A stretch of DNA of 64,000 nucleotides from Salinivirgaceae bacterium (GCA_016284875.1 JAEEPS010000003.1:21579-85578), one strand, 5' to 3'; counted from the stretch's first letter, positions 39,601 to 47,988 are shown. The notes: generated from the letters alone by a model not told the origin. Numbers and translations are program-made.

Positions 39601-40055
39601 ATTCTCTTCTTGAATTTTCGAGAAAGAGTTTTGCTTATCAATCCTCTGAAATCCCGTTCAATATCAACGTATGCTTCAGGATTCTTAACACCTGCCATTA
39701 TTAAGGCTTCAAACTTTTTATACTCTTCCGAGTATCGTATGTCTTTGTCTTTAATGTTTTCCTTGACTTTCTCAAAGTTTTCAATGGCAGAATCTTTATT
39801 GGAAAGTGCTCTGAAAACTAAATCCCGCAGTTCGTCATCTTTATCTAAATCGTCCAATAGTTCCTCATAAGGGTCATCCACATTTTTTATTAATGATGTA
39901 ACGAAGAATATCTTTTTGTCCTGATTTTTTTTAAGATATTGCTTGATGAATTGTAAAACATTAAAGGTTTTTCCCGTTCCTGTTGGCATATCTAACAGTA
40001 ACAATCCAGTATTCTTTGTTTTATCCAGACAATATTTGCTAATTAATTCCAACAT
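36672..40055 (-). CDS. SF2 helicase fused to a C-terminal PD-(D/E)xK-like nuclease (DdmD-like)
   Basis: Walker A LLDMPTGTGKTF, motif II VFIDEFDATK, motif VI-like VQAMGRKCRT. C-terminal GALGEAIGKF ... ELFDFKV ... YVDFKYWK (D...D/E-x-K). Confidence 0.6.
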   Translation of the reverse strand: MLELISKYCLDKTKNTGLLLLDMPTGTGKTFNVLQFIKQYLKKNQDKKIFFVTSLIKNVDDPYEELLDDLDKDDELRDLVFRALSNKDSAIENFEKVKENIKDKDIRYSEEYKKFEALIMAGVKNPEAYVDIERDFRGLISKTLSRKFKKRIDKINAIKNDKSWQWVGDLYPAVFSEEKSVFFVTMKKLVLPFDTIIEKGVRLYETSFFKNSIVFIDEFDATKKEIQDVIVQNGLNNGIDYIDLFRNIKICLDNQESIPSNIWDNVKNKPSHKRALEKNIRIFNEISDKYHLLQHHKSVGFEEKRIVLFSDLTHNNYTTSEENVTTRFIKNENINTLELISKGESDTTLYEALDKIKGAISHFTRFVCILAYSYYQNKNQKKEPGKSYGEFTELHALDTILDSLHLQGESYRVIRNMALSYNNTLKIQSNNAEIKDDFGFYSSGFSHYDFCDDYSHDNTTVIKKYVFEDTPESIMYSICSLSKVIGISATATFKTVLGNYDIDYLEWKLGDRFVKPTAEDKERIKKVIESQTTGFENVNTIVELTKTSANVAPNWSNIFTTDIDIVNAAHTLTSKYDKDNNHYKEVRYYKAVLAFKQFLDNNIQSYLALFSRSLRNGDWEFDQKTLFKLFQYLSQEKGVQFEDKMCVVLDSDNFEQKKNELIGDLSKGERRFIISTYATIGAGQNLQYTIPNSKKDEVVKINNTRRNKLEMDIEGIYLDKPTSLVNQCGGNEESAINRIFQLEYLGHKREITPNEKMAEIKRTYINIDKERTTGVVKKLSNLRDVKIYATKIIVQAMGRKCRTNYRSKNVYVLADSELGDALDRTTLLEEDRLLNHEMVELAKKIKFSEEPSQSRVIEIAISDSLLTNKRISRFLTRCFENSWNNDEIKKWKNIREYVLKHPTLTMEEWEKRPFNCNYYITFGKPISKYFYKQSEDFDKIENIAEERFKDSASVSQEDVNLYNLLESIPNLKSFFLDNGYATEFREGDYIMSPPLYQNVYKGALGEAIGKFLFEGFGIPLEELNNEEHELFDFKVTGKPIYVDFKYWKDTTRFDAKEYHKKVVEKAQRCKEVRTVIIANVRDTKNDAITTTPENGFEIIELSLICNSQISHNALTKIQEFKNEQNTN

Positions 40056-40084
40056 AAAATGTTGTTTTTTATCAAATTAGACCA

Positions 40085-40092
40085 CAAAAATA
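40085..40092 (-). promoter_or_regulatory. Bacteroides -7 box (TATTTTTG on the minus strand) for the helicase-nuclease pair
   Basis: Plus-strand CAAAAATA is TATTTTTG on the minus strand, about 30 nt upstream of the start codon at 40055. Confidence 0.35.
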
Positions 40093-40144
40093 TTTGAACA
40101 GCAAAAAGCATTGTCACCTTTTGACGTGTTTTGGCACAACTTTT

Positions 40145-42484
40145 TTAAGAACCCTTCATTTTTTTCATTGCTTCTATGAAATAACCATCGATTTTTTCCT
40201 TTATTAAATATTCTTCATACTTATCATTAGAGCCATCGGTTGGCAAACGCAACACCTCTATTCCGGCTTTTTTACAAATCCCATCTCTTATTTTATCGTG
40301 TATCCTATGTTGCTCATCATTGCGGTGGTGTGCCCCATCTACTTCAATTACAAGTTTTTCTGCTTTGTTTATTTTTACAATAAAATCAAAACGTCTATTA
40401 CCATTATTGTAATATTCTAATTCTTCTTTGGATAATTGTGCTAATTCTTTTCTGTCTTTGAATAATTGTGAAATACATTCACATTCACTCCATTTCCTTT
40501 CTTTATCTATCGTTACACAACCATTATATTCTTTAATATTAATTATGTCATTCAGTACTTCTCCGCACCTTTTTTCGTAGCCAGAAGACCTGTCTAAATA
40601 ATCAGACTCATCATAATCTTCTGGTCTATTGTATTTCTCGTCATTATGAAATGGTTCCGCCGTGTCAAAAATTGACTTGGTTTTTGATTTATGGAAACCA
40701 TAAATACCATTTTTGAAATCTTCATAGTCCTTAAAATGTTTATATACATAGTCTGTCAGTTTCTGAATAAACAACTGGTCATCTTCAAAATTTGTTTTTT
40801 TTGTCTTACGCTTTTTTTGGTATCTTTCCCGGTATCTTTCTATTTGTAATTGACGCCATTCCCTATCTCTTTGTTTGTTGCTCTTCCTTGGTATATATTT
40901 TTTTTCTATCATTTTCCTCTCGACCAATTTATCTTGTACATTTTCGTTCATCAAATGCGTTGAAGTAATAACTATGAGTTCCTCCTTTGCTCTTGAAACC
41001 GCAACGTTTACCAATCGTTTTTGTTGGCTCCATGGAAATTCCCAAGTATTGTCTTCAACAGGCATAAGATACACAACATCATATTCAGAACCTTGAGACT
41101 TGTGTATTGTCTGTATTGTCAATAAATTTACGTCACCATGCCCGTCAATTAACTTCGTTTTGAGACTATTGTTTTTATTTTTAATTTTTTCTTCCAACTC
41201 TTCCAATTGTCCTCTAAAAGGGGACATAATGCAAACCGTCTTCCACTTATTTATACTATTAACAAATCCTTCCCACTCCTCATTGAGGAAAATGTTGATT
41301 TGCTTTCTGTTGACTTTACTATTGTTGCCATCTGGCATTTTTATACTTTCACAATAGTTCCCTTCAAAATAAACAAGCCTTATTGGGCAGTTTTCCTTTA
41401 TTGTCGCTATTTGCGTATTATTTTCGACTGGTTCTAAATCCAAATCCTCTTCCTCTTTTTTATATACATAATCCTTGCAAAATCCGATTATCCCAGGGTG
41501 GCATCGATAATGTTTCCTTAAATATATTGGTTTAATGTCAAAAACAGTCTGACAAACTTTCATAAAACTTTTATCAGTCGTCTGTTTGTAAATATCATCG
41601 TCATTTATTATGAATCGTTCATGCACTTTTTTTAACGCGTCTTCTTTAACTATTGGCGGCAACTGATTGTCATCTCCCACAATAACAAGTTGTTTTGCGG
41701 TAGTCATTGCAATTATTCCCAAGTCAATTGTTATCAACGAAGCCTCATCAATAATAATGTAATCAAAACATGATTTTTCTCCATCGCTAAAAAGTGTTTT
41801 TAGGGATTGAATAGTGCTGGTAACTATAGGCCAAGCCCCCAGAAATTCCCTTTCGTCCCCATTATACATTTTAACAATTTCTTCTTTGAAATATTCATAT
41901 TCTTTGTTTTGGTATTTATACGTTAGTTTTTCCCTATTATTAAAAAAGCGGTAACCATGCGTATCATTGAAAGTGTCTCGTTTAGACTCGTCCCCTAAGA
42001 AAGCCGCACAATAATTAATATCATTGCATTTTTCTATTTTTGTTTCCACATCTGACACTGCAAGATTATTTGAAGATACCATTGCCACAGTTCGCCCCAA
42101 CCCATTTATGCAGGCAATTAGATTAAAGATTGTTTTAGTCTTACCTGTTCCTGGAGGTCCTTGAATAATTGTTACTGGTTTTTCTAATGCAGCTTTAATG
42201 GCACTTATTTGTTTGGCATTTAAATCGGTGTCTATTAAATACTTTTCATAATCAATGGCTGTGCTTTCTGAGAGTTCTCCTACATTTTCACCCAAAAAGG
42301 TTTTCGTTAATTTGTTAAGGTCGGCATAATTGGTAGTAGCAAAGTACCAATGATTACTATAGGGCGCTTGTTTTGTATCATCATTATTGTCTTTTCCAAA
42401 TTCATACGCAAGAGCTGCAAAGTACTTGAATCTTTCCTCTGGCGTTTGCACGGCACACTGATTTTGGGGATAGTTTGTGTTCAT
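40145..42484 (-). CDS. SF1 (Upf1/DNA2-like) helicase fused to a C-terminal DUF559/Vsr-like endonuclease domain
   Basis: IIQGPPGTGKTKT (Walker A), IIIDEASLI, VIVGDDNQLPP, HYRCHPGIIGF, TIHKSQGSEYDVV, VAVSRAKEELIVI. After a K/R-rich linker comes RRFDFIVKINKAEKLVIEVDGAHH...IEVLRLP. Confidence 0.7.
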   Translation of the reverse strand: MNTNYPQNQCAVQTPEERFKYFAALAYEFGKDNNDDTKQAPYSNHWYFATTNYADLNKLTKTFLGENVGELSESTAIDYEKYLIDTDLNAKQISAIKAALEKPVTIIQGPPGTGKTKTIFNLIACINGLGRTVAMVSSNNLAVSDVETKIEKCNDINYCAAFLGDESKRDTFNDTHGYRFFNNREKLTYKYQNKEYEYFKEEIVKMYNGDEREFLGAWPIVTSTIQSLKTLFSDGEKSCFDYIIIDEASLITIDLGIIAMTTAKQLVIVGDDNQLPPIVKEDALKKVHERFIINDDDIYKQTTDKSFMKVCQTVFDIKPIYLRKHYRCHPGIIGFCKDYVYKKEEEDLDLEPVENNTQIATIKENCPIRLVYFEGNYCESIKMPDGNNSKVNRKQINIFLNEEWEGFVNSINKWKTVCIMSPFRGQLEELEEKIKNKNNSLKTKLIDGHGDVNLLTIQTIHKSQGSEYDVVYLMPVEDNTWEFPWSQQKRLVNVAVSRAKEELIVITSTHLMNENVQDKLVERKMIEKKYIPRKSNKQRDREWRQLQIERYRERYQKKRKTKKTNFEDDQLFIQKLTDYVYKHFKDYEDFKNGIYGFHKSKTKSIFDTAEPFHNDEKYNRPEDYDESDYLDRSSGYEKRCGEVLNDIINIKEYNGCVTIDKERKWSECECISQLFKDRKELAQLSKEELEYYNNGNRRFDFIVKINKAEKLVIEVDGAHHRNDEQHRIHDKIRDGICKKAGIEVLRLPTDGSNDKYEEYLIKEKIDGYFIEAMKKMKGS

Positions 42485-42535
42485 CTACGTTTTGCCTTTT
42501 CAGCGTCAGCAACTTACCCGTGATGCAGATTCACA

Positions 42536-42700
42536 AACAAATACCTCAGGACATAAAGAAAGCGTGGACATTCCTTATGTGCTCCGAGGTATTTGGCGTG
42601 ACCCGACCGTCAAATAAGTTCCGTCCACGCCAAAGGCGTGAACATTTACTGAACTTATCTAATGATGGTCTCTTTCTATCGCCAAATTTTCGGAGCACCC
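42536..42700. other. Repeat-rich, strongly self-complementary intergenic segment (structured RNA or recombinase/regulator binding array)
   Basis: A 10-bp perfect stem CAAATACCTC (42538-47) / GAGGTATTTG (42586-95), with inner stem ACATAA/TTATGT. Direct repeats GCGTGGACATT (42562-72) and GCGTGAACATT (42636-46). An inverted copy GTCCACGC (42623-30). Hairpin CACGCC-AAA-GGCGTG (42626-40). Long-range pair GTGCTCCG (42579-86) / CGGAGCAC (42691-98). Confidence 0.4.
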
Positions 42701-42893
42701 AGATAGTAGCAAACGCTATGATTAATAATATGTTAAGTCAAATAATTCTTTCTGTTTCTTATTCGTGTTTTATGTTTTATGATGTCAAAGATAAATGAGC
42801 GAGCGAAAAATGAAAAGAAAAAAAAGAAGATCGGGATTTACAGCCAAGTCCGCCGTGTTGTGAAATAATAAATGATGAATAAATACTTTAAGC

Positions 42894-44108
42894 TTACAAA
42901 TCCCTGTTATACACCCTTTTTATCCCCAACTTTTTCGGTATTTCCGCTTTTTTCTTTTGCATTTTCATTCTTGCCTTCAGCGACTCACGAAGCATTTGGG
43001 GATTAACGCCATAAAAACCAGCCTTTTCGGCACGTTCTTTTACTATTTTGAAAACGCTGATCCTTGAAATCCGCTTTCCGTTGGCTGTAATAAAGAAATC
43101 TTCGAGTTCAGGAAAAGCAAAAGAGAATTCCGCTCCGTCAAATCCGAACCTTTCGTTTTCACGGTCAAGATATATGACCAAATTCCACCATCTGCTATAA
43201 TTGAAATAATTACGCAATGCCAGCCTGGTTTGAGAATCAATAATTTGTCGGCGTTCACGCCTCGTACCACGTCCGACAGTAATAATATAATTATCCCAAT
43301 CAATGTCGCTGACTTTCAAATTAATCAGTTCCGAGACAGTTAGTCCAATATTGCTTAAAGCCATGATTATCGCCTTGTCTCGATAACCGACAAATGTGCC
43401 GATACGCTTTTTGTTGGTGTTAATCCTATCGACTATTTTTTCAATGTCGCGAGTGGTAATTGTCCTTTTTGGCGAATGTTTGTCTGTCGGCTTAATTACA
43501 TCGGGGAATGAATTGTCATCACCGTAATGAAACCCATATTTTTCGTTCAAGAACTTGCAGAACAACCTGATTGACTGAACCTTGCGACGAATCGTCGGTG
43601 GTTTATATGTTGAGTTCGGCTGTTGATTTCTTTTTTGTATTTTTGATAACCTTTCCGACTTGCTCATCATTATTTCTAACGTAGGCAAAGGTTGTGACTT
43701 TACATGTTTCTGTATATAATCCATCCAATTGCAAATTGCTTCTGACAAGTCGTATTGGAAAGAAAGAATCCCATTGCTCATATTCTCAAAAATCATTGGC
43801 ACAAAATCACTTATGTCAGTATATTTGGCGCGAATTGTGCCGATAGAATTGCCTTTGTTTATGTTTTCTTGCAGATAGGATTCAAATATCACTTTCAATT
43901 TTTCTATGGCATAATTGATTATATCTTCCATTATCAGTCCCTCATATACGTCAGATATTTCAGAAAAATGGAACACAAATAAATTCTCTCCCAAACGACC
44001 ATAATAGTACGATTCCAACCAGTCCTGACACAACATAATTTTATATTGCGCTTCGGATATCTCTTCCCTGTCCGTTCCAGTTTGTCTTAATTTATTTTCT
44101 TCTTCCAT
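42894..44108 (-). CDS. Second tyrosine recombinase (divergent, long N-terminal extension)
   Basis: The C-terminal ~200 aa carry YRDKAIIMAL (Arg I), LTVSELINLKVSDID, NPQMLRESL (box II, with Q in place of the usual H) and LGIKRVY near the C-terminus. The first ~190 aa match nothing I recognise. Confidence 0.6.
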   Translation of the reverse strand: MEEENKLRQTGTDREEISEAQYKIMLCQDWLESYYYGRLGENLFVFHFSEISDVYEGLIMEDIINYAIEKLKVIFESYLQENINKGNSIGTIRAKYTDISDFVPMIFENMSNGILSFQYDLSEAICNWMDYIQKHVKSQPLPTLEIMMSKSERLSKIQKRNQQPNSTYKPPTIRRKVQSIRLFCKFLNEKYGFHYGDDNSFPDVIKPTDKHSPKRTITTRDIEKIVDRINTNKKRIGTFVGYRDKAIIMALSNIGLTVSELINLKVSDIDWDNYIITVGRGTRRERRQIIDSQTRLALRNYFNYSRWWNLVIYLDRENERFGFDGAEFSFAFPELEDFFITANGKRISRISVFKIVKERAEKAGFYGVNPQMLRESLKARMKMQKKKAEIPKKLGIKRVYNRDL

Positions 44109-44354
44109 AATAATTCAAAATCCAACACAAAATTAGTTAACAATATCCACCATAATTGCAATGTTGAAAAATTTTTTCAACCTCTATTAACCTGACAATA
44201 AACCAAATAACTAACCTCATTCAAAAAATGTAAAACCAAACTTGTTTCTGTCAATATATTTGCTGTAGGAGAAATCCGACTAAATTTGCAGTTAACTCAT
44301 TAAATATCAATAAATTAAACCCTATTTTTGTTTGTTTTTTTTGGTGTGGTTAGT

Positions 44355-44362
44355 TATATTTG
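44355..44362 (+). promoter_or_regulatory. Bacteroides -7 box (TATATTTG) for the plus-strand ORF block
   Basis: Matches TAnnTTTG, with T-rich/TTTG sequence ~20 bp upstream, and 28 nt before the ATG at 44390. Confidence 0.4.
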
Positions 44363-44389
44363 CCAGCACGAAACCAAACAAAAAAAACT

Positions 44390-45805
44390 ATGGACAACAC
44401 CAATTTTGGAGAGAAGCCAGAAGCAATTGAATTCGCGGAGCACGACAACACCGACTGGGTGAACTATTTGCCAGAAGACACTCTGCGTGAACGAATAGTG
44501 AAGCGGGTGCTAGTGCAAAATATGAAATATGGTTTAAAAACAATATACATTCTTACTGGTGAAGTTGTTAAAGATGACACGGATAGTTCTTTTGCTAATG
44601 TGACTAATAGCCTAAAACTTTTTTCACTGTCGGTGGCAGAACCAGGAATGCACAGGGCTAGGATAATCAGAGTATTTAAAGATGCGTATAGTAAATCTGA
44701 CGGAGTTGCTCGTATTGACATTACCGATGAATATGATGAGGTAAAGACGAGTTTGCATTTTTCAGATAACGAGCAACGTATAGAGTTTTATGAAGGCGAA
44801 CAATTATCACATAAATATCCAGTTGACAGTGTTAAAAATGTATTCTACAATATACAGAAGAAACCTCGCCTATCTGATGATATTTACGGTTTTATAGATG
44901 TATGGCGCCCGATTATGAAGCAAATGGGCAGATGTATGATTGAAGACTGGAAAATAGATAAAGTGTATTTCCTGGACAGCGATGAATCTTTTGAAAAATA
45001 CGACATACGATTCAACATATTCGTTAAAGGAAACATGTATGTGGAATTGCATATTCTGAAACGCAATAAGTTTTGGCTTGCGGCGGGACGAAGTTGGGAT
45101 TATGTTTACCGTGAATGTGAAAATGACGGTGAGTTAATTATTGCGATAAAGGAGTTGGTGTCCGAATATCTTTTGCGCAATATAGGCCGTAGCATAATAA
45201 AATTTATAGAGAATACTGAAAATTACACAGTTGTGCTGGCGGAAATGCCTGATTATGTATTTGATTTAGACGAAAACCAAATGAAAAAATTTTACTATAT
45301 GGTTTACGAACAATCAATTGCAAATGGCGAAACTTCAATAGAAAACAATCGGTGGGATAATTATAATTTAACCATTTTGGAGTTAAACGGCAATCTGGAT
45401 TCGTTGTTCTATGAGTTGCTGCCCATGTTTGATACCGAAGAGAATTTCCGTGAACGGTGGGGTGTGGAAGATATTTTTTGCACACGAAAGTTATCGAATG
45501 ATTCTGGTATTCTTCAGTTTGAGCCAGCATTCACTTTTGTTGTAAGAGGTTATTTGTTCGATGGCATTATAAGTATCACTGTAAGCGCACCAAATAAATA
45601 TACTATTTACCTTTTTGATTTTGCGCACGTGTTCATGTCGAAATGGGAATGTGACATCACAAAATGCCGTTTGGAGTCAATGCTGGACTTGATAATTAAT
45701 GGTGGTTATTTGGGCGATGATGTGCGGGAACTAGTTGATGCAAAATTTGAAAAGACTATGTATAGCATTAAATATTATAGAAGCGCAGGGGCAATTAACG
45801 ATTAG
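44390..45805 (+). CDS. Hypothetical protein (471 aa)
   Basis: A long ORF. The start is placed at the first ATG after the promoter box (the track start at 44360 is a TTG). No recognisable motif. Confidence 0.45.
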   Translation: MDNTNFGEKPEAIEFAEHDNTDWVNYLPEDTLRERIVKRVLVQNMKYGLKTIYILTGEVVKDDTDSSFANVTNSLKLFSLSVAEPGMHRARIIRVFKDAYSKSDGVARIDITDEYDEVKTSLHFSDNEQRIEFYEGEQLSHKYPVDSVKNVFYNIQKKPRLSDDIYGFIDVWRPIMKQMGRCMIEDWKIDKVYFLDSDESFEKYDIRFNIFVKGNMYVELHILKRNKFWLAAGRSWDYVYRECENDGELIIAIKELVSEYLLRNIGRSIIKFIENTENYTVVLAEMPDYVFDLDENQMKKFYYMVYEQSIANGETSIENNRWDNYNLTILELNGNLDSLFYELLPMFDTEENFRERWGVEDIFCTRKLSNDSGILQFEPAFTFVVRGYLFDGIISITVSAPNKYTIYLFDFAHVFMSKWECDITKCRLESMLDLIINGGYLGDDVRELVDAKFEKTMYSIKYYRSAGAIND

Positions 45806-45856
45806 TAGGCTGATACATAATTAATTATTAAATATCGACAGTATAATAAAGAACTT

Positions 45857-46648
45857 ATGAACGAATATTACTTGAACAATCCCGAAAACCGTCACCTCGT
45901 AAAGGCAGACTTCCCGAACGCCGAACATATGTTTGTTTGCGGCGACATTCATGGAGAGTTCCGCTCGTTGGTGTTCACTATATGCAGCAAATACAACCTT
46001 AACAACGCCGTAGTGATTGTTGCTGGCGATTGTGGGTTAGGGTTCCACTCGCCGAAGTATTACGAGAGCGAGTTTAAACATTGCGGCCAACAACTTCGCA
46101 ATCATAATGTAACAGTGGTGTTGCTGCGCGGCAACCACGACGACCCCGCATGGTTTATAGAGCAACGGCAAGCAGCTGATGGCTTCTTGATAATTCCTGA
46201 TTACACTGTGATACGTTGTTGCTGGCATAATGTGCTGTGCATTGGCGGCGCAATAAGCATAGACCGACGAGTGCGTAAGAACTGGCAGGCAGCCGATGGC
46301 CATACCTACTACTGGCCCGATGAACCACCATTCTATTCGCCAGTATTGCTCGACGAACTGCGACAACTGCAATTGCCAATTGACACAGTGGTCACTCACA
46401 CCGCGCCTTCGTTCTGCATGCCAACCGATAAGAACGGCATTGAGTCATGGCTGGCTCGCGACAATGCACTATTCCTTGATTGCGAGATGGAACGCACCAC
46501 AATCGACAAGATACACGAGCACCTTCATGCCGACAAACACCCACTTCGGCAGTGGTTCTATGGGCACTTTCACCTGCACAACGAAGCTTCTATTGATGGC
46601 ATTGATTACACGGCGCTCAACATTATGGAATTCAATGATATACGTTGA
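45857..46648 (+). CDS. Calcineurin-like metallophosphoesterase
   Basis: VCGDIHGEF, VAGDCGLGF, LRGNHDDP and a later VTHTAP / GHFH: the ordered metal-binding motifs of the family. Confidence 0.7.
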   Translation: MNEYYLNNPENRHLVKADFPNAEHMFVCGDIHGEFRSLVFTICSKYNLNNAVVIVAGDCGLGFHSPKYYESEFKHCGQQLRNHNVTVVLLRGNHDDPAWFIEQRQAADGFLIIPDYTVIRCCWHNVLCIGGAISIDRRVRKNWQAADGHTYYWPDEPPFYSPVLLDELRQLQLPIDTVVTHTAPSFCMPTDKNGIESWLARDNALFLDCEMERTTIDKIHEHLHADKHPLRQWFYGHFHLHNEASIDGIDYTALNIMEFNDIR

Positions 46649-46746
46649 TTAAGGATTAGAACTGTAATATAATATTGACCGATGAACCTGATTGGTTCAT
46701 TATCAACTCATAACAACAAGAATCTTAACATTAAAACAATATTAAT

Positions 46747-47322
46747 ATGGGTCGTTTTTTAGGTATAGGCATTGATTATGAATTAATTGTATCAGAAAAA
46801 GAAGCAAAAAGAGTATTCTCGAGTTTAGAAGAAGTTACCCAAAAAATTCTTGACGAATACAATGTGGCCGATGTTTACAACATAGAAAAAATCGAGACCG
46901 ATAAAGATACACTCAATGTGTTCACGCTTAAATCGGAAATTATTGAAACAGAGTTGTATCCGTTTACAAAAGATTTTTTCAGTTGGCGTTTTCCGCACGG
47001 GTGGGACGGATTGATTGCCGATGCCCTTTCGTCGATAAAGCCAATAAAAACCTTGGATGAATTATTAGAATATGCAAAACACAGTGATAGAGACGATTAC
47101 CTTTTTCAAAATGATGAATTTGGTGACAACAAGACAGTTCTTCTGAATGAAAATAATGGAAAACGATTCTATTTCAGGCGCAACAGTTTTCTTCTTTCCG
47201 CCGATGGCAAGATTTTTATGGAGTGTTACAATGAAATATTTTACCGTATAGCTGAACTCTTGAAAGAAAAATATCGGAACTACAAGATTTCAAAAGCCAT
47301 TGATGTTTACATAACAGGGTAA
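46747..47322 (+). CDS. Hypothetical protein (191 aa)
   Basis: ORF only; no recognisable motif. Confidence 0.35.
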   Translation: MGRFLGIGIDYELIVSEKEAKRVFSSLEEVTQKILDEYNVADVYNIEKIETDKDTLNVFTLKSEIIETELYPFTKDFFSWRFPHGWDGLIADALSSIKPIKTLDELLEYAKHSDRDDYLFQNDEFGDNKTVLLNENNGKRFYFRRNSFLLSADGKIFMECYNEIFYRIAELLKEKYRNYKISKAIDVYITG

Positions 47323-47543
47323 TTATACTTAAAGAATTGGAGGCACGGGATATAAAACTCATTTATAAATGAAGCAGTAAGGCTGGAAAAAGAAAAAATG
47401 AAACGCCGCCTTAAAAACGAGTCCAACCACATGAGATTTTGGACTTCGATATTGTAAAAAAAGCTAGTAAATGGGGCTCTGCCACCCTTTATACAAACGA
47501 GTGATAATGATATTTGAAATGTTTAACAACAAATAATTAGAGT

Positions 47544-47957
47544 ATGAAACTATTTAAAGGTATTTTCAGCAAGAAACAGCAATCGGAGGAATCTGCCGAA
47601 GTAGAGCAGCAACAGCAAACGATAAGTGAGCCGCCATTCTATTCGCCTGCATTGCTCAATGAACTGCGACAAATGCAAATCCAGATTGACACTGTGGTTA
47701 CTCATACCGCGCCTTCGTTCTGTGTGCCGACCGACAAGAACGGCATAGAGTCATGGCTGGCTCGCGACAATGCGCTATTTCTTGACTGCGAAATGGAGCG
47801 CAACACAATCAACAAGATACACGAGCACTTGCTTGCCGACAAACACCCGCTGCGTCAGTGGTTCTATGGACACTTTCACCTGCACAACGAAGCCACTATT
47901 GACGGCATTGATTTCACTGCGCTTGACATTATGCAAATACGAAATGCGAATTATTAA
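47544..47957 (+). pseudogene. Metallophosphoesterase C-terminal half fused to a novel 28-aa leader (duplicated fragment)
   Basis: Residues 29-137 parallel the C-terminal ~105 aa of the 263-aa phosphoesterase (EPPFYSP.LL.ELRQ...DTVVTHTAPSFC.PTDKNGIESWLARDNALFLDCEMER). The N-terminal GDxHG / GNHD motifs are absent. Confidence 0.55.
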
Positions 47958-47988
47958 TTTATTGTATAACCCTTAAAACCAAATAACT

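Noticed and set aside
42475-42798. 107-aa plus-strand ORF spanning the structured intergenic region
   Set aside because: It starts with a non-ATG codon antisense to the helicase gene start, and has no motifs. The region is better explained by nested repeats and stems.
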